A DNA stretch of 64,000 nt from Hydrurus foetidus (lineage: Eukaryota), in contig UYFQ01000852.1 of the NCBI GenBank assembly GCA_900617105.1, positions 186,001-250,000 of the forward strand, given 5' to 3'. Below are positions 44,186 to 55,727 of the stretch, piece by piece (the stretch's first letter is position 1; each line of letters starts with the position of its first letter). A program made the position numbers and the translations under genes. Below the pieces are notes generated by a model, which was not told the DNA's origin, did no database searches, and was given only the letters and a program-made list of their open reading frames with translations.

Positions 44186-45627
44186 ATGACAGAACATGAC
44201 CGGGCGCAGTCGGCGCCGAGGCGCTGGACCGCCTCGAAACCCTCTACACCCGATCCGTCGCCGCCCTGCGCGAGGCCGTGGACCTTTATCGCCACCGGCG
44301 AGCGTGCCGACCCTGCGCGCGGGCCGACGGGCTGTTCTCCTATCCCCGGCTGCGCGTCAGCTGGTTCGGCGATCGCCCCGAAAACTCCGGCCCAGCGCGC
44401 CTATGCGCGTCTGTCGCGGCTGGCATCTATTCGACCACGGTCACGCGCCCCGACCTGTTCCGCGCCTATATCGGCGAACAGCTGACCCTGCTGGAACAGG
44501 ACTATGGCGCGACCTTCGAGGTCGAGCCGTCGGATCAGGAAATCCCCTTCCCTATGTGCTGGACGGGTCCGACGTCGCGCTGGACTGACCATGACGGCCG
44601 CCATCGCCCGCTATTTCCCGACCACCGACCTGGCGCATATCGGCGACGAGATCTCCGACGGCCTGTTCGACCTGGCGGAAGAGTTTCCCGTCCCAGTTCG
44701 ACGGCTGCGGACCGACTTCTCGCTCGCCCGCCTGCGGCACTACACAGGAACGCCGGTCGAGGACGTCCAGTCCTACATCCTGTTCACCAACTACCACCGC
44801 TATGTCGACGAGTTCGTCCGCTGGGGCATCGCGCAGCTGGCCGATCCAAACTCGGCCTACGAGACCCTGTCGTGCGCCGGCGGCGTGGTCATCACGCGCG
44901 ACAACCCCGATCCGGAACTGGCCATCCGAGTCGACCGTGGAGGCGGCACCAGATGCCCGCCTATCACCTGATGGGCAAGGGCGGCACGGGCATCACCCTG
45001 GTCAATATCGGCGTCGGCCCGTCCAACGCCAAGACCATCTGCGACCACCTGGCGGTGCTGCGTCCTCAGGCCTGGCTGATGATCGGCCACTGCGGCGGCC
45101 TGCGCGACACCCAGACCATCGGCGACTATGTGCTGGCCCACGCCTATCTGCGCGACGATCACGTGCTGGACGCCGTGCTGCCGCCGGAAATCCCGGTGCC
45201 GTCGATCGCAGAGGTGCAGCGCGCCCTCTATGACGCCTCGAAAGCCATCAGCGGCGACAGCGGCGACCAGCTGAAGAAGCGCCTGCGCACCGGCACGGTG
45301 GTCACCACCGACGACCGCAACTGGGAGCTTCGCCACAGCCTGTCGGCCCTGCGCTTCAACCAGAGCCGCGCCGTGGCGATCGACATGGAATCGGCCACCA
45401 TCGCCGCCCAGGGCTATCGCTTCCGCGTGCCCTACGGCACCCTGCTGTGCGTAAGCGACAAGCCCCTGCACGGCGAGATCAAGCTGCCGGGACAGGCGAA
45501 CCGCTTCTACGAGGCTCGATCTCGAACACCTGCAGATCGGCATCCAGGCGGTGGACCTGCTCAGGAAGGAAGGCTCCAGCCTGCATTCGCGCAAGCTGCG
45601 CGCTTCGACGAGCCGCCCTTCAGATAG
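44186..45627 (+). CDS. amn: AMP nucleosidase
   Basis: RTDFSLARLRHYTG, ILFTNYHRYVDEF, QMPAYHL, GVGPSNAKTICDHLAVLRP, DMESATIAAQGYRFRVPYGTLLCVSDKPLHGE. Confidence 0.96.
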
Positions 45628-45656
45628 GCGGCGCTATCGCCCGGCACGCGGGGCGG

Positions 45657-46387
45657 TCACGGCTTGCGGAACAGATACAGCCCGAAGCCCAGGTACGGCC
45701 GCCCGAAGTCGAAGGTCGCCTGATCTGGTCGGCGCGGGCCCGGATCGCGCCGGCCTCGGGGGCCGCGGGTTCGCCTCCAGCCAGTCCTGACCTCGCGTCG
45801 GCCCCGCCGAAGAAGGCATCCCAGTCCGCGTCCGAAGACACTTCGGCGGCCACGCACTCCAGACCCGCCCTGTCGCCGCGGCGCGCCACCCGTCATCGGT
45901 GGCGTAGTCGCCGGTCAGGCCGATGATCTGGCGCAACGGAGCGGGGATCGCCCCGCCAGAACAGGTCTCCCACAGGATATGGCCCGGTCGGCGCAGACGG
46001 GCGGCCAGGCCGCGAAGGATACCTTCGGGATCGCGCACCCTGCCCTGCCGCCTCCGTGGTGCCCAGGGCGACGATCAGATCGACCGGCGACAGCCGGTGA
46101 AGGGCGGTCGCCGAGTCCTCGCAGACGACCTGCAGGCGATCATCGAGACCCGCTCCGCCGCACGCGCACGGATCATCGCCGCCATGGCGGGGTCGCGCTC
46201 GATCGCATGAGCCCTCAGCCCGTGAGCCCGCGCCATCGCCACCGACACCCCGGCTCCCGCCCCGATGTCGAGAGCCCAGCCCGGGCGGAAGGTCGGCCCG
46301 GGAGACCATGGCGAGCACGCGGGACAGAGCCACCGGATTGGCGACCTCGAATCCGTCGTAGGCGATGCGATGATAGGTCGGCGTCAT
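45657..46387 (-). CDS. SAM-dependent methyltransferase
   Basis: YHRIAYDGFEVANP, ALDIG motif I, DLIVALG, C-terminal YLGFGLYLFRKP. Confidence 0.7.
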
Positions 46388-46436
46388 ACGACCGGTTTAC
46401 CCGCCTCGCCGGCGAATGAACCCACCTCAAAGAAAG

Positions 46437-46455
46437 CACTTTACATATCAAAGTG
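46437..46455. promoter_or_regulatory. Palindromic operator upstream of a membrane-protein/wHTH operon
   Basis: CACTTT-N7-AAAGTG. Confidence 0.6.
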
Positions 46456-46495
46456 AACACGCCATGGTCGGACCATCGAATGACGGAGTGAACCG

Positions 46496-47063
46496 ATGAC
46501 TGCCGCGACCCTCGACCTCGTGACCCCGCTCGCCACGCACCGACACTGGCGGTCGCCGCCGGACGCAATCTGATCGCGGCAGGCGCGATCTTCGGCCTGG
46601 CCAACCTGGTCCAGTGGGGCATACTCGGCGGCGTCCTTCCGCTGCACCCGGCCTTGCTGTCGGTGACCTGGCCGGTCGCCGTGACGCTGTTCATCGTCAT
46701 CCTGCGTCGGCTGCGCAGCGCGGGCGGCCCGGCCGCGCGGCGGGCTGGTCGCGCAGAGCCATTCTGCTGCAGATCGGGACCGCTCCTGGCCTGGCCGGTG
46801 GCTCGATCTCTGACGCACGACTGGTCGCTGATGATGTGGATGTCGCCGATCGGCCTCGGCTTCTGCCCGTCGCCTGGCTGATCGCCGCGATGCGGGTGGG
46901 GCGACGGGATGGGTGCCCTCGGTCTGGCGGCAGCGGCTGCCGCCGGAGGTGTCGCCCTTCTGGTCGGGACGCCGGCGCAGTACCTGGCCTATGGTGTGGC
47001 CTGTTCGTGTTCGCGCTTTGCCCGGCCTGGTTCTGGCCACCGGCCGCGCCCGCTGATTCCTGA
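46496..47063 (+). CDS. Hypothetical membrane protein (paralog A)
   Basis: GRNLIAAGAIFGLANLVQW..., QYLAYG. Confidence 0.55.
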
Positions 47064-47079
47064 GAGAAGGGACCTACCG

Positions 47080-47696
47080 ATGACCGAGAGCCGTGACGAC
47101 ACCGCCGACATCGCCTGGATGCGCCGACTGGCGGAGGAAGGCGGGCAAGCCCCGATGCGCGGGGCCGCGATCCCGATGGCCGCCGGCTCATCTATGGCAC
47201 GGCCGCCCTGCTGCACTGGTGCATCGCCGTCGGCATCGTCACCGTGCCGGCCGTGGCCTTCAATACGCTCTGGCTCGCCGCCACCGCGGTCTTCCTGATC
47301 GTGGTCACCGTCGTCAGCCTGCGGATGCGCGACCGGGCAGGCCCATACCACCGCCAACCGCGGGCAAACGCGGCCTGGTCGGCGGTGGGCTGGGGCATCT
47401 TCGCCCTGTTCACGTCGCTGGCCGTCATCGGATCGCGGATCGGGGACGCGGCGACGGTGAACATGCTGCTGGGCATCGTGCCCTCGGTCATCATGGCCTT
47501 CTACGGCCTGGGCTGGTCGGTGACTGCGACGCTGCAGAAGTCGCGGCCCTTGCACAGTCTCGCGATCGCCTCGTTCCTGGCGGCCCCGTACTGGCCCTGA
47601 TGGCCGGTATGTCGGTGCAGTACCTGGCCTACGCCATCGCCCTGTTCGACTGATGGCCCTGCCCGGCTTTCTGCTGATGCGGTCGGCCCGGTCCTG
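47080..47696 (+). CDS. Hypothetical membrane protein (paralog B)
   Basis: DIAWMRRLAEEGGQAP, AAWSAVGWGIF, FYGLGWSV, QYLAYA. Confidence 0.6.
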
Positions 47697-47699
47697 AGC

Positions 47700-48003
47700 A
47701 TGAGCGACGATTTCGACATCGGCCGCATCGACGACGTGATCCACGGTCGCGTGCGGCTGGGCATCATGGCGGTGTTGTCGGGGCCGAGAGCGCCGACTTC
47801 AACACCCTGAAGGCGCGGCTCCAGACCACGGACGGGAATCTTTCAGTCCATCTGCGAAAGCTGGAGGAAGCCGGTTTCGTGGCCGTGACCAAGCGGTTCG
47901 TGGGTCGAAAGCCCTGACCGAGGCCTCCATGACCGAGGATGGACGAAAGGCGTTCGTCGCGTATCTGGACGCCATGACCGGTCTGGTCGCCCCGCGCGGT
48001 TAG
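47700..48003 (+). CDS. Winged-helix transcriptional regulator (HTH_34-like)
   Basis: IDDVIHGRVRLGIMAVL...DFNTLKARLQTTDGNLSVHLRKLEEAGFV. Confidence 0.85.
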
Positions 48004-48043
48004 GCCCTGTCGCGCGCGACCGTGCCCGTTCTATAGGAAGGGC

Positions 48044-48791
48044 ATGACCCGCATCCATGCCTTCGACGCGCTCGATAATTTCCGTGACTACGGCAGCTAT
48101 GGCACGGCGGCAGGTCGGACCCTGAAGCCGGGCTGTTTCCGCTCGGCGCACCAGGCCAGTGTGAGCGAGGCAGATCTGGAACGGCTGGCGGCGCTGGACA
48201 TCGGCACCGTGGTCGATCTCCGGCGGCCCGGAGCGGCGTCGTCAGCTCTCGAAGAGGCCCCGCGGGCTTTTCCGGCCAGGTGTTCGAGAGCGATCTGGAC
48301 GAGGCCGGCGAGGCCCCGCACATCACCTTCCTGAAGACCGCCGACCTGACGCCCGACAGCGGCCGCCGGTTCATGACCGACACCTATCGCCACCTGCCGT
48401 TCGCTCCGGCACACCTCGACCTTTTCGCCCGCTATTTCCGCGCCCTGGGCGAAACGGACCGGCTGGCTGATCCACTGCGCGGCGGGCAAGGACCGCACGG
48501 GAATGCTGGCGGCCCTGACCCATCACCTCGGCGTCGGCCGGGACGATCTGATCGAGGACTATCTGCTGACCAATGTGGCCGTGGACCTGCACGGTCGGCA
48601 CCCGCCATCGCCGAAGGCTTCAAGGGCTTCATCTCGACGCGGTCGTGGCCTTCATGGGCGTCGAAGAGGCCTATCTGGACGCGGCGATCGCGGCCATCGA
48701 GGCGCGCCACGGATCGATCGACGGCTATCTGGACAGGCGCTGGCGTCGACGCGGTCCTTCGCGACCGGATCACGGAGCGACTGGCGGTGAG
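48044..48791 (+). CDS. Tyrosine-protein phosphatase family
   Basis: NFRDYGSY, VVDLRRP, IHCAAGKDRTG, IEDYLLTN, HGSIDGYL. Confidence 0.88.
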
Positions 48792-50064
48792 CACGTCCGA
48801 TCGCGTCGTCCTGACCCTGCCCTGGGTGCCGCCGCTGGACGTCGCGGCAGGCCTGTCGGCCCGCGACGGTGCCCTGTGCCTGTTGTCGGACGGCGGGCCG
48901 AACGGTCGGGTCTCGTGGGTCGGGGTCGAGCCGGACGTAACCCGGATCGGCCCTGCCGACGACGGGGACGCCTTTGCGGCACTTCGGCCGGCCGGATGGG
49001 GCCAGAACGTGATTGGTCTGGCGGCCTATGACGCAGGCGCGCGTCCGGCGACGGGCGAGCGGCCCTGGGCCGCGGGCGACTGGCCCGACCTGATGATCGC
49101 CCGCTATCCGGCCCTGCTGCGGTTTCACCACCCGACGCAGACGGTCCAGGCCATCGGGATCGGTCCTGACGCCGGGCGCGGTCTCGCGGGCCGCAGGCTG
49201 GATCACATCGGCCAGACCGCCGGCCCGACCCGCACCGCCGGCCGGTGAATCTGGGAAGAAACAACAGAGACGACGTATACGTCGGCCGTAGCCGACGTCG
49301 TCGCACGGATCGGGCGGGTGAGCTGTTCCAGGCCAACATCGCCCGGGCCTGGGGCGGCACGCTTGAACCGGAGGCCGACCCGTTTGACGTCTTCGTGCGC
49401 CTGGCGACGGGGCAGCCCCTATGGGCGTTCCTGAGGCTGGGCCGGCGCGTCCTGGTGTCGAACTCGCCTGAACTGTTCCTGACCTTCGACCCTGCGGACG
49501 GCCGGATCGAGACACGGCCCATCAAGGGCACCCGGCCCCGCGATGCCGATCCGTTTCGCGACGCCGCGAACGCCGCCGATCTGTCGGCCAGCGCCAAGGA
49601 TCGGGCCGAGAACCTGATGATCGTCGACCTGATGCGCAACGACCTGGCGCGGGTCGCCGTGCCCGGTCGCGTGAAGGTCGAACGGCTGTTCGCGGTCGAG
49701 ACCTTCGCCACCGTGCACCATCTGGTGTCGACGGTTGTGGCGACCGCTACGGACCACACCTGTGCTGCGGACATCCTGAACGCGACCTTCCCGCCGGGCT
49801 CGATCACTGGCGCGCCAAGCATCCAGGCGATGAAGGTGATCGCGGATCACGAGGCGCCGCGCGGTCCATGGTGCGGCTCCTGTTTCTGCTGGATGACCGG
49901 GGCCGGATGACCGCGTCGGTGCTCATCCGGACGGCGTCGTTCTGGCGCGAGGACGACCACTGGCGGTTTCGCACACTGGCGGGTGCCGGTATCGTCGCCG
50001 ACAGCGACCCCGGTCCGAAAGCGAAGAGACAGAGGCCAAGATCGTGGCCATCAAAAGGCCCTGA
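48788..50064 (+). CDS. pabB: Anthranilate/aminodeoxychorismate synthase component I family
   Basis: SNSPELFL, TRPIKGTRPR, KDRAENLMIVDLMRNDL, VHHLVSTV, FPPGSITGAP, GAGIVADSDP. Confidence 0.8.
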
Positions 50065-50079
50065 TCGGCCCCTGAACCC

Positions 50080-50601
50080 TCAGCAGTCGCTGCAGATCAC
50101 CTTGTCCACCAGCCGGGGCCGCAGATAGAAGGTCTGCCGGAACTGCGTGACGTTGGGCAGAAGATAGCGCAGCGGGGAGACATAGTCGTAGGTCGCCTCA
50201 CTCAGGATCACGCTCGCCGTTGGCGATCATGCCGGTCGGCACCGTGACGACCGCACCGGCTCCAAGGGCCGTCAAACCGGACCCCGGCTCCAGTCGACCT
50301 TGGCAACCCCGCTGGCGTTTCGCGTCACGCCCGACACTCGCATCTTCAAAGGGGTCGTCGGGAAGGGCGACATGATCAGATAGGCGACAGCGAAGGTGTC
50401 ATCCAGCTCGTCGCGGGTCACGGTCCCGTCCTGGGACGTGATGTCGGCGACCTGGGACGTCGCATGATCCATCCGCTTCTGCGCCATGAAGCCCTGGCAG
50501 AACTCGGCGCTGCCGAAGTAGAGCGTGATCATGACCGAGCCAGCAACGCGAATCCCACGGCCGAGACGCCGCTTTGATCCTGCCAGAACCGGCCGAACCA
50601 T
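50080..50601 (-). CDS. TadE/TadG family pilus assembly protein (CpaK-like)
   Basis: VMITLYFGSAEF, TSQVADITSQ, C-terminal QTFYLRPRL. Confidence 0.75.
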
Positions 50602-50617
50602 GCGCGCGCCCGACCGA

Positions 50618-51151
50618 TCATGAATAGGGCTCGTTGCGGAAGGCCGTCGTCACGCTCAACAGGGTCTCACCCGTCGACAGCCTGGACATGGCCTGGAACA
50701 TGGTCGGCGCGATCAGGGCTGCTTGTACCAGACGCGGATCAGGATCAGGCTGCTGGCTGCACCGTTGGTGTATGGCGGAGACGTCGGCAACTGACCGTTG
50801 ACGACGGGGTCGGGCAGGGTCTGGTTGCGGAACTGCGCGATCGTCCGACCGCGACCGTGGCCCGGCTGGCGCATTCCGGCCGAGAAGACGCTCATGCGCG
50901 CACACAGCTCGGTCTTGAACTGGGCCGGGGTCGTTGCGGGTCGAGGCCTCGCCCGTCCGGATCAGGCGGGTTGCCTGAAGGGTCGCATTCTCGAGCACGG
51001 AATCGACCACGAACAGCAGCCCCAGCTGCATCACTGCGAAGATCATGAAGAAGAACGGCAGGGCGACCATGGCGAACTCGATCGCCGCGACGCCCGATCG
51101 GGGGCGTCGCGTTCTGGCCGTTTGCGCTGATGGGAGCGAGCGCGCGCGCAT
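50618..51151 (-). CDS. TadE family pilus assembly protein (CpaJ-like)
   Basis: SGVAAIEFAMVALPFF, ATRLIRTG, TTAFRNEPY. Confidence 0.82.
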   Translation of the reverse strand: MRARSLPSAQTARTRRPRSGVAAIEFAMVALPFFFMIFAVMQLGLLFVVDSVLENATLQATRLIRTGEASTRNDPGPVQDRAVCAHERLLGRNAPAGPRSRSDDRAVPQPDPARPRRQRSVADVSAIHQRCSQQPDPDPRLVQAALIAPTMFQAMSRLSTGETLLSVTTAFRNEPYS

Positions 51152-51156
51152 GGCGA

Positions 51157-51573
51157 TCAGGGGGTCGTGGTCGTTGCGGCCGCATCGTTGCGAATGCTGG
51201 CCGAGCAGACGCCGCACACGCCATTTCTGTCGCCTGGGCCCGCGCCAGACCCGGACGGATCCGGTCGATCCGCCGCTGACGATGACCTCGCCCTGGTAGA
51301 TGGTGCGTCCCAGGCCGTCCACGGCGATGACCTCGGTCACGCCATAGCCCTGCCCGTCACGAACAGGGTGTTGGCATCGACCACCGTCACATCGGCGATG
51401 GCCGGATTGCCGACGATGACAGAGGCCGCAGAACCGCGCAGGGCCACGCGGGCAGAGCGGTCGATCTCGACGTTCAGCGACTGTGCCTGGGCCAGACCTG
51501 CGGCGAACAGGCACGTCACACCGATGATCGCGGCGGCGGAACGGGCGGCGATGGAGACGAGGCGGCCGGCCAT
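51157..51573 (-). CDS. Pilus assembly N-terminal domain protein (CpaI-like)
   Basis: AQSLNVEIDRSARVALRGSAASVIVGNPAIADVTVVDANTLFVTG. Confidence 0.8.
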
Positions 51574-51783
51574 GATCGGCATTCCCTTGAGTCGTGACGC
51601 GGGCGCGGCGTCGCGGACGCAGGATGGTCGGCAATCCAAGAAAGTCTGAAATCACGTAACGGGATCAGGTTCTGGTTCATCCAGGTTAACGGACGTCAAG
51701 ACATCGCCGCGCACATGCGCGACACTATATAGTCGCAGACGCATGAATACCGAATTCAGCGCCGTTCATTCTGGATATTTACA

Positions 51784-51824
51784 GTAAATATCGGGTAACC
51801 ACGCCCTCTGACCCGTCCTTAACC
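51784..51824 (+). promoter_or_regulatory. CtrA-like sites upstream of pilA
   Basis: GTAA-N7-GTAAC (51784) and a TTAACC half-site (51819); pilA is CtrA-controlled in Caulobacter. Confidence 0.5.
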
Positions 51825-51922
51825 GGTCCGGCGCATTGTGCTCCTGTGTTTGAGGTCAAGCGGGCGACCGGAGCCTCCAGCCAGCGTCGCTCGCTTAACA
51901 GATTTTGCAAAGGAAGACCATC

Positions 51923-52089
51923 ATGACCAAGTTCATCACCAAGTTCGCTCAAGACGAGTCGGCGCCACGGCCATCGAGTACGGCCTGATCGCAGCCCTGA
52001 TCGCCGTCGTCATCATCGGCGCGATCACCACGCTCGGCACCAAGATCACCGGCACCTTCACCAAGGTCGCAAACGCGATGCCTCAGTAA
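51923..52089 (+). CDS. pilA: Flp/type IVc pilin, copy 1
   Basis: MTKFITKFAQDES-GATAIEYGLIAALIAVVIIGAITTLGTKITGTFTKVANAMPQ (one indel). Confidence 0.92.
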
Positions 52090-52113
52090 GACCGGGACTC
52101 CCGGTCTTAGCCA

Positions 52114-52152
52114 GGGGCCGGAGCGGGAAACCGCTCCGGCCCTTCGTCTTTT
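52114..52152 (+). terminator. Terminator after pilA copy 1
   Basis: GGGCCGGAGCGG-GAAA-CCGCTCCGGCCC then TTCGTCTTTT. Confidence 0.8.
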
Positions 52153-52305
52153 CCGGTCCCGGATGGTTTGCGACGCAGTAACCGAAGTTTCTGACGTGCC
52201 CTTAACGGGTTCAAACCATCCTGCCCTTGCCTCGGAGGTCGAGCGGGCGACCGAGTCCTCCAGCAACGTCGCGCGCCTACCCATCATTTCAGGAGGAAGA
52301 CCATC

Positions 52306-52471
52306 ATGACCAGGTTCATCACCCAGTTCGCCCAGGACGAGTCGCGCCACGGCCATCGAGTACGGCCTGATCGCAGCCCTGATCGCCGTCGTCATCATCG
52401 GCGCGATCACCACGCTCGGCACCAAGATCACCGGCACCTTCAACAAGGTCGCCACCGCAATGCCTCAGTAG
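52306..52471 (+). CDS. pilA: Flp/type IVc pilin, copy 2
   Basis: MTRFITQFAQDES-(G)ATAIEYGLIAALIAVVIIGAITTLGTKITGTFNKVATAMPQ (one indel). Confidence 0.9.
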
Positions 52472-52494
52472 GACCCACACGGTCTCAGCAGCTC

Positions 52495-52531
52495 GGGCCG
52501 GAGCGGGAAACCGCTCCGCCCTTCGTCTTTG
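52495..52531 (+). terminator. Terminator after pilA copy 2
   Basis: Near-identical hairpin to copy 1, followed by TTCGTCTTT. Confidence 0.75.
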
Positions 52532-52594
52532 CCGGGACGGTCCCGGCATCACGGCAGAAACCGTGGCTTAACCCGTCGTCGCTAGGGTGACGCC

Positions 52595-53104
52595 ATGGAC
52601 AGTCTCACACTTCTTCTGCTCAGCGTACTGCCTGCGCTCGTGATCGTCGCGGCGCTGTCCGACCTGACGACGATGAAGATCCCGAACTGGATTTCGGGCC
52701 TGCTGATCGTCGGCTTCTTTCCGGCCGCCTTCGCTGTCGGCCTGTCGCCGGCCGAAGTCGGTCTGAATGTCGCTGTGGCCGTGGGCGCGCTTCTGGTCGG
52801 CATGGGTCTGTTCGCCGGCAGGATTATCGGAGGCGGCGACGCCAAGGTGATGGCCGCGACCTGCCTGTGGCTGGGCCTGGGCGGTGCCGGCATGTTCCTG
52901 CTCTATACCGGCCTGTTCGGTGGCCTGCTGTGCCTGGCCCTGATCGCGGCGCGGAAGTCTGTCGTCCTGCCCGCCCACGCCACGCCGGGCTGGGTCGCCA
53001 CCCTGATGGAGCCGCGCGGCGACTCCGCCCTATGGCGTGGCCATCTGCGCGGGCCCTGGCGGCCTTCCCGGCGAGCCCCTGCTTCTGGCATACGCGGCGG
53101 ATAG
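52595..53104 (+). CDS. cpaA: Prepilin peptidase CpaA/TadV
   Basis: AALSDLTTMKIPNWIS, IGGGDAKV. Confidence 0.9.
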   Translation: MDSLTLLLLSVLPALVIVAALSDLTTMKIPNWISGLLIVGFFPAAFAVGLSPAEVGLNVAVAVGALLVGMGLFAGRIIGGGDAKVMAATCLWLGLGGAGMFLLYTGLFGGLLCLALIAARKSVVLPAHATPGWVATLMEPRGDSALWRGHLRGPWRPSRRAPASGIRGG

Positions 53105-53120
53105 ACACGGCGTCCCGCGC

Positions 53121-53136
53121 TTAGGCCGGCGTTAAC
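53121..53136 (+). promoter_or_regulatory. CtrA box upstream of cpaB
   Basis: TTAG-GCCGGCG-TTAAC, close to TTAA-N7-TTAAC. Confidence 0.55.
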
Positions 53137-53209
53137 CCGCGCCCGGCATGGTCGTTAACGGCAGGCCTCCCGCTTCGAATCGCGTGCGGGTCCGTGCCGG
53201 AGACCCTGG

Positions 53210-54140
53210 ATGAAACCCGCCCGCATCGCCGTCATCTGCATCGCTGCCGTGTCCGCCATCGGTCTGGCGTTCGTGGTGCGTGCCATGGGCTCTTCCGGCG
53301 AACCGACCGCCGTGGCCACCGCCGCGCCTGTCCCGACCCGCCCCATGGCCAAGGTCCTGGTCGCCGCCCGGGATCTGGCGCCAGGCCAGCGTCTGGTCGA
53401 AGCGGATCTGGAGTGGAAGGATTGGCCGGTCGACGAGGTCAATCCCGCCTTCATCACCGACGGCTCGGTTCCGGTTCCCGCTGCGGCCGCCCCGCCAGCG
53501 AAGTCTGCCACGACCCCGGCCACGTCTGACACCAACGCCGAAAGCGCCGTCGCCCGGGTGACGCGCGCCGCCAGCGACCTGACGACCGGCGGGCCAAGGC
53601 CGACTATTTCGGCTCGGTGGTGCGCGAACCCATTCTGCCGGCGAACCCATCGTCGGCCGCAAGATCGTGCGGGCCGGCGACAGCGGATACATGGCCGCCT
53701 ATCTGAGCCCGGCATGCGGGCCATGGCCATCGGCGTCTCCGTCGAGAGCGCGGCGGGCGGCTTCATCCTGCCGGGCGACCGGGTCGACGTGATCGTCACC
53801 GTGGAACAGCAGGGCGGCAACCCCGACGACGCGGGTCGCGCAAAGTTCGCCAGCCGCATCGTCATGCAGAACGTCAAGGTCCTGGCCATCGACCAGTCGA
53901 CCCGCGCGGGTGACGACCAGCAGGCCGTGGTCGGTGCCACCGCCACGCTGGAGGTGGCCCCCAGGACGCCGAGGTCGTGGCCCTGGCCAAGGCGGCGGGC
54001 ACCCTGTCGCTGGTGCTGCGGTCCTATGCCGACACATCCGGGCCTTCGGGACGTGTCGCCTTGCCTCCCCGCGCTTCAGAACGATCGACGGCGATCCGCG
54101 TCTTCCGGGCGGTGAGCCGGAAGTGGTCAACGTCCCATGA
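53210..54140 (+). CDS. cpaB: Flp pilus assembly protein CpaB
   Basis: VLVAARDL.PG (SAF), PGMRAMAIGVSVESAAGGFILPGDRVDV, QNVKVLAIDQ. Confidence 0.92.
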
Positions 54141-55719
54141 TCCGGCCCATGAGCGCACGCCCGATGACCTCGACCCTGACGCGTATCGTCGCCACGGCCA
54201 CCGCCGCCCTCCTGGCCATGGCTCCGGTGACCCTGCCTTCCACCGTGCTGGCCCAGGATTATGCGGCAAGCCAGACCGTGGCCGCCGGATCCGGCCCGCG
54301 TCTGATCAATCTGCCACGCGGCACGTCCTTCGCTGTCGACCTGCCGGCCGATGCCCGCGACGTGATCGTGTCCAACCCGGCCGTCGCCGAAGCCAATGTC
54401 CATTCGCCGCGCCGCATCACCGTCATCGGCATCGCGCCCGGCGAGACGGATGCGGTGTTCCTGGACGCTGCCGGGCGGTCCATCCTGACCTTGCGGGTCC
54501 GCGTCGATGCGGGTGTGACCGCGCTGCAGGACACCCTCAGCCGCGTCGCGCCGGGGGCGCAGGTCCACGCGAGGCCGTGAACGACAGTATCGTCCTGACC
54601 GGTCTGGTGACCAGTGCGGCCCAGTCCGAACAGGTCGCCCAGGTCGCCCGCGCCTTCGTTTCCGCGCCTGAAAAGGTGCTGAACATGCTGACCATCGCCG
54701 GGTCGGATCAGGTGACCCTGAAGGTCCGCATCATCGAGGTGCAGCGCAACGCCATCAAACAGCTGGGCTTCGACACCGCAGCCGCCCTCGGCCGGGTCGG
54801 CGACACCCAGTTCCTTCTGAGTCAGGCCGCCAGTTTCGGCGTCAACGGCAGTCTGTGGCGGCATCAGCGCGGGCGTATCGCGCAACACGACGCAGAACTT
54901 CCAGCTGCAGGGCCCGTGCGGTCCTGGCTTTCCGGCCGACAGCCTGTGCCCTTCACCGTCGACGGCCCCGAGGACGCGTCCAACTGGGACACGGCCCAGC
55001 CGGTATGGCCCGGGATCGAACGACCTGAACCGCGGCAATGCGATGATCAAGGCGTTCGAGCGGGTGGGCCTGATCCGCACCCTGGCCGAGCCCAACCTGA
55101 CCGTGCTGTCGGGCGAGGCGGGCAAGTTCCTGGCGGGCGGCGAGTTCCCGGTCCCCACCGGCCAGGACGCCACAGGCAAGATCACGATCGAGTTCAAGCC
55201 CTACGGCGTGGGCCTGGGCTTCCGCCCGGTCGTCCTGTCGGGCGGCCGCATCTCGCTGAAGCTGTCGACCGAGGTGTCCGAGCTCTCCAGCCGGGCGCCT
55301 TCTCGGTGTCCAGCGGTTCGGGCTCCAGCGTGCTGACCATGCCGGGCCTGAACGTCCGCCGGGCCGAGACGACGGTCGAACTGCCCTCGGGCGGATCCAT
55401 GATGATCGCCGGCCTGCTGCAGCAGACCACCAAGCAAACCATCGACTCCCTGCCGGGCCTGACCTCGATGCCGGTTCTCGGCTCGCTGTTCCGCTCGCGC
55501 GACTATCTGAACGGCGAAACCGAGCTGGTGATCATCATCACCCCCTACATCGTCGATCCCACCCGGCCCCAGAACCTGCAGACCCCGGCCGACGGCCTGA
55601 GGTTCGCGGGCGACATGAGCACGACCCTGCTGGGGCGGCTCAACCAGGTGGTCAAGGCGCCGGCCGGCGCCAATGCGGGGCGCGCCTATCAGGGCCCCGT
55701 CGGCTATGTGATCGAGTGA
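54137..55719 (+). CDS. cpaC: Secretin CpaC/RcpA
   Basis: QVTLKVRIIEVQR, LAEPNLTVLSGEAGKFLAGGEFPVP, TTVELPSGGSMMIAGLL, ETELVIIITPYIV. Confidence 0.92.
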
Positions 55720-55727
55720 GGACGCCC

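Noticed and set aside
51923..52531. CRISPR-like or shufflon-like repeat array
   Set aside because: Only two long gene-containing direct repeats; no short repeat-spacer periodicity, no inverted recombination sites and no recombinase nearby.
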